From positions 1,387 through 65,386 of the forward strand of contig JBOEGA010000020.1 of NCBI GenBank assembly GCA_050633205.1: 64,000 nt of DNA, given 5' to 3'. The translations under genes were made by a program, and so were the position numbers. The notes under the pieces were generated by a model. It was given only the letters and a program-made list of their open reading frames with translations. It was not told the DNA's origin and did not search any database. Shown piece after piece: positions 47,035 to 54,721 of this stretch (its first letter is position 1; each line of letters starts with the position of its first letter). Source of the stretch: Methyloligellaceae bacterium. GTDB taxonomy: Bacteria > Pseudomonadota > Alphaproteobacteria > Rhizobiales > CBDHHC01.

Positions 47035-47592
47035 TTATTTAGGTGCACGTTTGGCTAGAATACGCTGCAGTGTTCTGCGGTGCATGTTGAGGCGTCTCGC
47101 AGTTTCGGAAACATTTCTGTTGCATAGTTCGTAAACCCGCTGAATATGTTCCCACCGAACACGGTCTGCAGACATGGGATTTTCAGGAGGAGCAGCTTTC
47201 TCATTAGGATCAGCCATCAGAGCAGCATAAACATCATCCGCATCAGCAGGTTTTGCAAGATAGTCAATTGCACCCAACTTGATTGCAGTAACCGCAGTCG
47301 CGATATTTCCATAACCGGTCAGTACTACAACACGTGCATCCGGCTTGTGTTCATTAAGGGCTGCTACAAAGTCCAGACCATTACCATCTTCAAGTCTCAT
47401 ATCGACAACTGCATATGCAGGAAGAGTATGGCGGAGTGCATCCATAGCCTCTGAAATAGACTGTGCCATAGTCACGTTAAAACCACGTGTTTCCATCGCA
47501 CGACCAAGACGATGTAAAAACGGCTTGTCGTCGTCTACAATAATAAGGTTTTTATCCCCCGTTAGCGTTGGTTCCTCGCCTGGGTTGTTCAT
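47035..47592 (-). CDS. regA: Redox response regulator, RegA/PrrA/ActR family
   Basis: It has a receiver domain (LIIVDDDKPF...AVVDMRLEDGNG) and the family-typical C-terminal HTH NVSETARRLNMHRRTLQRILAKRAPK. Confidence 0.9.
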   Translation of the reverse strand: MNNPGEEPTLTGDKNLIIVDDDKPFLHRLGRAMETRGFNVTMAQSISEAMDALRHTLPAYAVVDMRLEDGNGLDFVAALNEHKPDARVVVLTGYGNIATAVTAIKLGAIDYLAKPADADDVYAALMADPNEKAAPPENPMSADRVRWEHIQRVYELCNRNVSETARRLNMHRRTLQRILAKRAPK

Positions 47593-47690
47593 ATTATTCT
47601 CCAGATAATTATTGTACTAGGGGCTAAGCCCCTAAATGGCCTGCTGGCATTCTCAGCCTTAGGGCCCGAGCACATACTGATGTGCAATAA

Positions 47691-47709
47691 AGCGAAAATT
47701 CGCTTTTTT
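47691..47709. terminator. Short hairpin AGCGAA-AA-TTCGCT followed by a T-run (+ strand) in the regA-regB intergenic region
   Basis: Read directly from the sequence. A-run and T-run flanks make it usable in either orientation. Confidence 0.45.
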
Positions 47710-47874
47710 GTCGCTGATTAATGCTCATTACGGTTAAATCGCATTCAGGAATGCAGACCGTGAGTGCCTTGAATCAGTTTCTACCCCAAATTTCAGGCTT
47801 ATTTTATTCTGATATTCAGAATTTATCAAATTACAGCTACAGGTTTGATTAACCGCCGCAATCTAATGCTGGTT

Positions 47875-49206
47875 TCAGGAACGTTTATTCCATTCCATAT
47901 CAATTTCAGACCGCCGCCAGGTAACCTCTACTTTAGCGCCCGTATATGGCGCTTTTCTGTTAGAGAGCAAAATTTTCGCTCCGGAACGCTCTAAAAGCGT
48001 TTTAGCAATAAAATATCCTAAACCCAAGCCCTCTCGGTAGGAAATTTGCTCCCCGGCACGAAGTTTATGGGGTCTGGTTGTAACAAATGGCTCTCCCATT
48101 CGGTCCAGAACGTGAGTTGGAATACCCTCACCATCATCATAAATCTTGATAGTGATATATTCCTCATTCCATTGGGCAATGATAATTACCTCGGATTGGG
48201 CAAAATCAACGGCATTCTCAACAATATTACCCAGTCCATAGATAATGCCTGGATTTCTGGCGAGGACAGGCTCCTCCCGTGAGGCCTTGTCTGCATTTGT
48301 GGACGGGTTGGCGGATACCTTGACGCTTTTCTCAAAGACACGGTGTATCTCGACAACTTCCTCTATCAGGTGTGAAACCGGAAGATTGGCAAACATTTCA
48401 TCTTCTTCGCCACCATTATGAGTAAGCGTCTGCAATATCTCCTTACAGCGGTCCGCCTGGGACTTAATCAGCTTGACGTCTTCATAATGGGGGCTTCCTT
48501 CCGGAAACTCCCGCTGCAGTTCCTTGGCAACCACGGTAATCGTACCAAGAGGTGTACCAAGCTCATGGGCTGCTGCTGCTGCCAGTCCGTCAAGTGCAGT
48601 AAGTCTCTGCTCTCTTGCCAGAACCATCTCGGTTGCGGTTAACGCATCTGACATCTGGCGGGTCTCATTGGCAATGCGCCACGAGTAAAAACTGGAAAAT
48701 ACAATGCCGCAAACCACAGATACCCATAAACCAACCTTATAAAGATCCGGCAGTTCCAGAGGACCTTCAGCCCCCCAGGGTAAAGGATACCCGGAAAAAG
48801 CAAGTATAACTGTGCTCACAACCGCAATAGCCCCAAGTGCCAGGGTATTATTAAGTGACTGGGTCGAAGCGGAAATTGTAACTGGCACAGCCATCAGGAA
48901 AATAAACGGATTCTGCAACCCGCCAGTCAGGTAAAGCAATGCTGCAAGCTGAATAATATCGTAACTCAAAACCGCAAAGGCATAATGGTTCCTGAGCCGG
49001 TGTGTTGACGATGGGTACTGAAAGCGAAGAACCACATTTAATGCAGCCGAAAATCCGACGATGGTCAGGCATACGGTAAGCGGCAATTCAAATTTCAGAA
49101 CAAAATACACAAACAGTATCGAAAATAACTGTCCAAAAACTGCCAGCCAGCGAAGGCGGACAATTGTTCTTAATCTTAATCGTGAGGGTGACTGGGTGGC
49201 TGACAT
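47875..49206 (-). CDS. regB: Redox sensor histidine kinase, RegB/PrrB/ActS family
   Basis: It has multiple N-terminal TM helices, the H-box LAAAAAHELGTPL, and the ATPase region GNIVENAVDF...DDGEGI..GLGLGYFI. It is paired with regA and divergent from the SCO/senC gene. Confidence 0.85.
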   Translation of the reverse strand: MSATQSPSRLRLRTIVRLRWLAVFGQLFSILFVYFVLKFELPLTVCLTIVGFSAALNVVLRFQYPSSTHRLRNHYAFAVLSYDIIQLAALLYLTGGLQNPFIFLMAVPVTISASTQSLNNTLALGAIAVVSTVILAFSGYPLPWGAEGPLELPDLYKVGLWVSVVCGIVFSSFYSWRIANETRQMSDALTATEMVLAREQRLTALDGLAAAAAHELGTPLGTITVVAKELQREFPEGSPHYEDVKLIKSQADRCKEILQTLTHNGGEEDEMFANLPVSHLIEEVVEIHRVFEKSVKVSANPSTNADKASREEPVLARNPGIIYGLGNIVENAVDFAQSEVIIIAQWNEEYITIKIYDDGEGIPTHVLDRMGEPFVTTRPHKLRAGEQISYREGLGLGYFIAKTLLERSGAKILLSNRKAPYTGAKVEVTWRRSEIDMEWNKRS

Positions 49207-49274
49207 TGCTATTTATATGTTGTTTCAGATTTTTATATTGATATACAACAGCTTTAGGCGGGTGGCTATTCCTG

Positions 49275-49919
49275 TTGCGGCTCAATATTAATTTAATTTC
49301 CTATATCGGGGTGAAGATGAAAAGATTTGCATTGCTGGCAGTTATAAGTATTTGCTTTCTTCTTGGAGCAGCTATCGCCTGGTTAATTCACGCCCCACAT
49401 ATATCCAGGCCCTTGATACAGCAGAATGCAGAAGTAAAGATTGGAGGCTCTTTCAGTCTTGTTAACCATAAAGGCGAAAAGGTCACCGATAAAAACTATC
49501 AGGGCAAACTCAAACTGGTTTATTTTTGTTATACGAGAAGCACGGATATCTGCCCTGCCGGAATGCAGACCATATCTGCCGTTCTTGAGAGAATTCAGAA
49601 AACTGACCGGAAAATAGCTGCACTCCTTATCACATATGAGCCGGAATATGATACACCCGAAAGGCTCGCATCCTACCTTTCAGCCTACCATCCTCAAATC
49701 ACCGGCCTGACCGGCACCGGAGACCGGATAACAGACGCCATCAAACGCTTTAAAGTGCATTATTCCAGAAAGCCTGCACCTCCCGGCAGCAAGTCTTCAT
49801 ATATCGTAAGCCATTCAACTTACATGTATTTAATGGATGCCAATGGGAAATATTTAGAACATTTTTACCATGGAACGCCGGTCGAAAGAATAGAAGAAAC
49901 TATTCTTAAGTACTTATAG
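49275..49919 (+). CDS. senC: SCO1/SenC/PrrC family protein with a non-canonical metal motif
   Basis: The likely start is ATG 49317 (MKRFALLAVISICFLL). It has a thioredoxin-like fold with KLVYFCYTRSTDICP and a later SHST. Confidence 0.75.
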   Translation: MRLNINLISYIGVKMKRFALLAVISICFLLGAAIAWLIHAPHISRPLIQQNAEVKIGGSFSLVNHKGEKVTDKNYQGKLKLVYFCYTRSTDICPAGMQTISAVLERIQKTDRKIAALLITYEPEYDTPERLASYLSAYHPQITGLTGTGDRITDAIKRFKVHYSRKPAPPGSKSSYIVSHSTYMYLMDANGKYLEHFYHGTPVERIEETILKYL

Positions 49920-49999
49920 TTTATTGTTATAAAGTAAGCGGAGAAAATCAGGTAAAACCTGAGGTCGGCATACAATAAAATAATAACTACCGGGCGTCA

Positions 50000-51367
50000 T
50001 TGGCCTTTATAACAATAAATATAGCTAAAGGCCTCAAACAGAACTGCATTTATCATGCAGAGATACAGGGGGCAGTAATGCTTTACCTTTGGTACGAAAT
50101 GAGCCGCGCAGCATTAAAACCTGCAAGAATGGCAGCAGATTCCTATAAGCATATTCTGAACAATCCATTTAATCCTCTCTTCCACACACCGATTGGCAAA
50201 AGCACAGCAGCAGCTTTTGAAGTATTTGAGCGGACAACCAGAAGATATGCAAAACCTGAATTTGGTATCGAGAGCGTAAAAGTCGATGGCCGAAAGGTAA
50301 ATATTACCGAAGAAATCATCTGGAAAAAATCTTTCTGCCAGCTTCTGCACTTTAAAAAGGAAGTCGGGAAGAAAAAGGTAAAAGATAAATCCCGCCTTCT
50401 GATTGTTGCTCCGATGTCTGGCCATTATGCGACACTGCTTCGTGGCACCGTGGAAGATCTGCTTCCCTACCATGATGTATATATCACTGACTGGCAGGAT
50501 GCCCGGAATGTTCCACTTTATAAGGGCGGCTTTGACCTGAACAGCTACATCGCTTACGTAATAGAGATGCTGGAACTGTTCGATGGCGATGTTCATGTTC
50601 TTGCAGTATGCCAGCCTGCAGTTCCGGTTCTCGCGGCCGTCTCCTTAATGGAAGCAGTAAAAAATCCCTGTGTTCCCTACTCTATGACAATGATGGGTGG
50701 TCCCATTGATACGCGGATCAATCAGACAGCAGTAAACCTTCTGGCAGAAGAGAAGGGAATAGCATGGTTTGAAAAAAACGTTATAACCCATGTTCCCTGG
50801 CCAAATACCGGAGTAGGTCGAAATGTTTATCCGGGGTTTCTGCAGTTATCCGGCTTTATGACCATGAACCTGGACAGGCATGTCACAGCACATAAAGATC
50901 TGTTCTGGCACCTTGTAGAAGGTGATGGGGACTCTGCTGACAAACACAGAACCTTCTATGATGAATATCTCGCAGTAATGGATCTCACAGCAGAATTCTA
51001 CCTGCAGACAGTAGATAATGTCTTCGTCCGGCATAGTCTGCCAAATGGGCGCATGAGATGTGGAACTTCGCCAATAGAACCACAGGCAATCGAACGTGTA
51101 GCACTTCTCACGATTGAAGGTGAAAAAGACGATATCAGTGGTCTGGGCCAGACAGAAGCAGCACACAAATTATGTAAAAACCTGCCGCAAAATCTGAAGA
51201 AACATTATGTTCAGCCCGGTGTCGGTCATTACGGTATTTTTAACGGCTCAAGGTATCGCGAGGAAATCGTCCCTATGATGACAAAATTCATCTATGAAAA
51301 TCAGGGCGATAAAAAAGCCTCAACATATAAATGGCGCCCCATTGAGCCAATCAAACTGCCAAAATAG
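50000..51367 (+). CDS. phaZ: Intracellular polyhydroxyalkanoate depolymerase (PhaZ)
   Basis: The likely start is ATG 50078 (MLYLWYEMSRAALKPARMAAD), preceded by AGGGGG. This is the family-typical N-terminus. Confidence 0.85.
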   Translation: MAFITINIAKGLKQNCIYHAEIQGAVMLYLWYEMSRAALKPARMAADSYKHILNNPFNPLFHTPIGKSTAAAFEVFERTTRRYAKPEFGIESVKVDGRKVNITEEIIWKKSFCQLLHFKKEVGKKKVKDKSRLLIVAPMSGHYATLLRGTVEDLLPYHDVYITDWQDARNVPLYKGGFDLNSYIAYVIEMLELFDGDVHVLAVCQPAVPVLAAVSLMEAVKNPCVPYSMTMMGGPIDTRINQTAVNLLAEEKGIAWFEKNVITHVPWPNTGVGRNVYPGFLQLSGFMTMNLDRHVTAHKDLFWHLVEGDGDSADKHRTFYDEYLAVMDLTAEFYLQTVDNVFVRHSLPNGRMRCGTSPIEPQAIERVALLTIEGEKDDISGLGQTEAAHKLCKNLPQNLKKHYVQPGVGHYGIFNGSRYREEIVPMMTKFIYENQGDKKASTYKWRPIEPIKLPK

Positions 51368-51462
51368 AAATGACTGTTTTTTGTTGCCGTGACCATGTAA
51401 AATAGATGCGATTCTTCAGAGAATGAAGCACAGCATCGTAAATATGGTCACGGTAGAATAAA

Positions 51463-52218
51463 TTGGCGCGATCCCGGCAAAATACGGTTCCCCTTGATGA
51501 GAACTTCTTTGTAGACGGCATTGAAGCACCTGTTCGTATGAAAAGGAATAGCCGTGCCAGGCGCTTTATATTGCGCATCAATGAAAGCCGCAGAGAAGTA
51601 AATCTGACCATCCCCGAACAATCCAGTGAAAAAGCAGCTCTTGATTTCCTGAACCGCAATCACGAATGGGTCAAAAGCCGCCTTGAAAAGCTCCCGGCCT
51701 GTACTCCTTTTCAGGAAGGGGCAGTCATTCCATTGCGCGGCATATCTTACCAGATCCATTTCGTAGAAAAAAACAGCGATAACAGGATAGTCAGAGTATA
51801 CCGGAGCTTTGTTGCAGATGAGATGCCAAAGCTCTTCGTTGCAGGTCTGAAAGACCATGCCCCCAGACGTCTGAAGGACTGGTTAAAAAAACAGGCACGC
51901 ATTGACCTGAAAAAGCAGGTGGATTACCACGCAGCACGGCTGGCCCTTACACCAAAACGCTTGACTGTACGGGATCAGAAAAGCCGCTGGGGTTCCTGCT
52001 CCAGTACTGGTGCGCTGGCCTTTTCATGGCGGCTGATCCTTGCACCTGAAAAAGTTCTCGACTATGTGGCTGCTCATGAAGTCGCTCACCTGCAGGAAAT
52101 GAATCATGGTCCTGACTTCTGGAAGCTCGTAAAACGGACCATGCCTGACTATGAACGGGCTCAGGAATGGCTTAGAGAACATGGCGCTGGGTTACATCGC
52201 TATGGAACAGATCTGTAA
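51463..52218 (+). CDS. YgjP-like M48-family metallohydrolase (DUF45)
   Basis: The motif is SRWGSCSSTGALAFSWRLILAPEKVLDYVAAHEVAHLQEMNHGPDFW. The start is TTG. Confidence 0.85.
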   Translation: MARSRQNTVPLDENFFVDGIEAPVRMKRNSRARRFILRINESRREVNLTIPEQSSEKAALDFLNRNHEWVKSRLEKLPACTPFQEGAVIPLRGISYQIHFVEKNSDNRIVRVYRSFVADEMPKLFVAGLKDHAPRRLKDWLKKQARIDLKKQVDYHAARLALTPKRLTVRDQKSRWGSCSSTGALAFSWRLILAPEKVLDYVAAHEVAHLQEMNHGPDFWKLVKRTMPDYERAQEWLREHGAGLHRYGTDL

Positions 52219-52221
52219 CAA

Positions 52222-53064
52222 TTATGAGCTGATTATCTCTGGCTCATCAAGAACCTGCCTTAACCAGTCAGTAAAATTCTCCATCGGCGCCGGTTGGGAT
52301 TGTGCCCTGTAAATTGCTGTCACTCTCGCCTGTGCCTCAAGTCTGCGAATTGTCTCCAGCACTTCAGGAAATTCCTTTGCTTTTGTAAGTGAAATCGAAA
52401 ATGCAGGTTGCCTGGGATTCGCCCGGCCAGTTTCTATAGCTTTATTGACACGCTTACTGCATCGGCAATTATTATCAGAATTGGCAATCCCGCAATTTGC
52501 AATCATAAAATCTGTGATCTTTTCTCTGGCCCTGGAAAGCCTCTTGCGGAAAGTACTGTTGCTGCATTCCATAACAGCCGCCGCTTCATTATGGTCAAGC
52601 TCAAATATTTCGCCAAGTGTATAGGCCATACGGGCATCATCATCGAGACATTGAAGCATCGCTAGAGTACATCCGATGCGAACCTCTTCCTCCATCAGAA
52701 TTTTGTCAGGCCCCTCATATTCCTCTTCCGCAAGCCCGTCAGCGAGGTCCAGTGAAAATTCATCAAACGTCATATGGTCTGGTTTTTGGCGTCTTTTGAT
52801 ATCTCTCAGGTAATTGCTGGCTATGGAGTATACCCACGTCAAAAAACGGCTGTTCCCCTCAAAACTGCTCAGGTGCGTAATAACTTTCATCAGAATTTCC
52901 TGTGTGGCATCCTCCGCATCTGTAGGGCACAGGAGAAAACGCTGGGAGATTTTGAATATAGCCGGGTGAATATGTTTGATCAGGTTTTCCAGTGCGGCAC
53001 GGTCCCCCGAAAGGGCAAGTGCCGCCAGTTCCGCTTCATAATCCTGAGTACTGGTGGCAGCCAT
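52222..53064 (-). CDS. Sigma-70 family (ECF-like) sigma factor with a ~100-aa C-terminal extension
   Basis: Sigma-2 region: DAEDATQEILMKVITHL...TWVYSIASNYLRDIKR. Sigma-4 region: AAAVMECSNSTFRKRLSRAREK. It is followed by CGIANSDNNCRCSKRV and ~85 more residues. Confidence 0.8.
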   Translation of the reverse strand: MAATSTQDYEAELAALALSGDRAALENLIKHIHPAIFKISQRFLLCPTDAEDATQEILMKVITHLSSFEGNSRFLTWVYSIASNYLRDIKRRQKPDHMTFDEFSLDLADGLAEEEYEGPDKILMEEEVRIGCTLAMLQCLDDDARMAYTLGEIFELDHNEAAAVMECSNSTFRKRLSRAREKITDFMIANCGIANSDNNCRCSKRVNKAIETGRANPRQPAFSISLTKAKEFPEVLETIRRLEAQARVTAIYRAQSQPAPMENFTDWLRQVLDEPEIISS

Positions 53065-53067
53065 ATT

Positions 53068-53469
53068 TTATCCCTCCAGTATTGTTTTTAGTTTCACCAG
53101 TTCTTTCTCCAGAATACCGGACTGCTCAGCCAGAGCTCCTTCCAGCTCTTCAAGAGCAACAGGTGGTGGTGTCAGGATAAAACTGTATGCGCAACTCTGA
53201 TCATCCAGAGGGATCAGTCTGGAATGAGCTTTGCCAACGTCGCCGTTTGGAAAAGTCATAATAGTATCAATAATACCTGTCCTGGGGTCCAGAATATTTT
53301 CCAGCTTTACAGGAACTTCTCCTGCTCCGGTCCTCATCAGGGCTTCGCCATTATCTTTAACTTCCGCAAAGGCGTTCGTCCATTCAGGTAGTTTGCTATT
53401 GTCACTCAGATAATCAAAAGCTTTCTTATAGGGAACAGCCAATGCAATATTTTTAACCTCAAACAACAT
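53068..53469 (-). CDS. Hypothetical protein, possibly an SRPBCC-like fold
   Basis: The 133-aa ORF ends 3 nt before the sigma gene start. The N-terminal pattern AFDYLSDNSKLPEWTNAF is SRPBCC-like. Support is weak. Confidence 0.45.
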   Translation of the reverse strand: MLFEVKNIALAVPYKKAFDYLSDNSKLPEWTNAFAEVKDNGEALMRTGAGEVPVKLENILDPRTGIIDTIMTFPNGDVGKAHSRLIPLDDQSCAYSFILTPPPVALEELEGALAEQSGILEKELVKLKTILEG

Positions 53470-53537
53470 GTTTACTCCAATCTTTTCCAGGTTACATGTT
53501 GTTAGACGTATCTATGATGTCAGGTGTGACCGATAAT

Positions 53538-53924
53538 TTAATTAAACTTTAAGGCCATCTGCATATGCCCTGCCGTGTCATAAAGATTTTTACACGGAGC
53601 AGCCCAGGCAGTGCAGTTCACCATGCGTGTACCTCTGATTTTTCTACAACGCATGATTTTCCTGGAAGCATTGCTCCAGAAATTATAATCATCACCATAT
53701 TTGGAAACTTTTTTCGTCCACACAGAAACAGCACTCATTTCTGCCAGCGTTAATGTATCTCTGACAAAGCCACCAGCTCTCAATGTTGGCTTGCACTGCT
53801 TGTTAAATCCTGACATTTGAAAATAATGCGCAGGAAGATTCTTGGTAAAAGCCACGACTGCCAATAGTGCAAAGGCAGGCAGCAATACCAGGCTGAGAGA
53901 ACTCAGGGAATTATTTTTGCTCAT
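53538..53924 (-). CDS. Small exported 4-Cys protein, paralog A (unknown family)
   Basis: It has an N-terminal hydrophobic signal/anchor. The conserved blocks AEMSAV, KVS..G.DYNFW.NAS, RCRKIRGT.M.NCTA and PCK are shared with 54074..54475. Confidence 0.65.
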   Translation of the reverse strand: MSKNNSLSSLSLVLLPAFALLAVVAFTKNLPAHYFQMSGFNKQCKPTLRAGGFVRDTLTLAEMSAVSVWTKKVSKYGDDYNFWSNASRKIMRCRKIRGTRMVNCTAWAAPCKNLYDTAGHMQMALKFN

Positions 53925-54073
53925 GTTTCACTCGTAAATGCTCTTAGGCGATCTTCCATTATGCATAAAATAGGAAGCGGGTGTAAAAATCCCCGGGGCG
54001 CAGTTTATACTTTATGAAGGGCCAGCATCGCATTGGCTGTAAAATTGAGATAAATTCATGCTTAAAAAGTCCT

Positions 54074-54475
54074 TTATTTTAATCCGGCCATCTGCATTGC
54101 AGGTGCCTTTCCATGAAGGATCTTGCATGGTTTCCCAATAGCTGTGCAATTATACATTACAGTGCCGCGTATTTTCCGGCAGCGAATGCTTTTAAAACTG
54201 GCATTTGTCCAGAAATTATAATCCTGACCATGAGCAGACACCTTGCGGGCCCATGAAACGACAGCGCTCATTTCTGCCATGCTGCGGGAACTTTTGGCAA
54301 AGCCACCGGCATGAGTTAGCTTTTTGCAAAGTTTGGGTGTATTAGCTCGCTCTACAGCAGCTGCATGAGCTTCCCAGAACTTGGAACCGGCAACAAAAAC
54401 AAGTAAGGAAACCGGGGCAAACATGCACAAAGCCATGAACCATACGGTTTTATTTTTGCGAAATGACTGTCTCAT
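54074..54475 (-). CDS. Small exported 4-Cys protein, paralog B (unknown family)
   Basis: It is collinear with 53538..53924 and has the same four Cys positions. Confidence 0.65.
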   Translation of the reverse strand: MRQSFRKNKTVWFMALCMFAPVSLLVFVAGSKFWEAHAAAVERANTPKLCKKLTHAGGFAKSSRSMAEMSAVVSWARKVSAHGQDYNFWTNASFKSIRCRKIRGTVMYNCTAIGKPCKILHGKAPAMQMAGLK

Positions 54476-54671
54476 GCTCTTACCCTACAACATGATGACT
54501 TTCCTTGCTTGGATTCCGGCTTTTAGATTTATTAGATTAAAAATGTAGAAAATAAAATTTGTTGCAAATTTTACTAAAATTTTCGAAAAATCTCCTGCTT
54601 TCCTTGCTGCGCCTCATTCTCTGCGACAATGGCTCATAACAGGGTGTTTGATTTTGAAACACCTCCCCCGG

Positions 54672-54712
54672 AAAAAATGAAAAATCCCGGCGCAAACACT
54701 GTATACGCCGGG
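54672..54712 (-). terminator. Intrinsic terminator of the curlin-repeat gene (CCCGGCG-13 nt-CGCCGGG followed by ATTTTTCATTTTTT on the minus strand)
   Basis: Read on the minus strand, 10 nt after the stop. Confidence 0.65.
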
Positions 54713-54721
54713 ACCTGTTTT

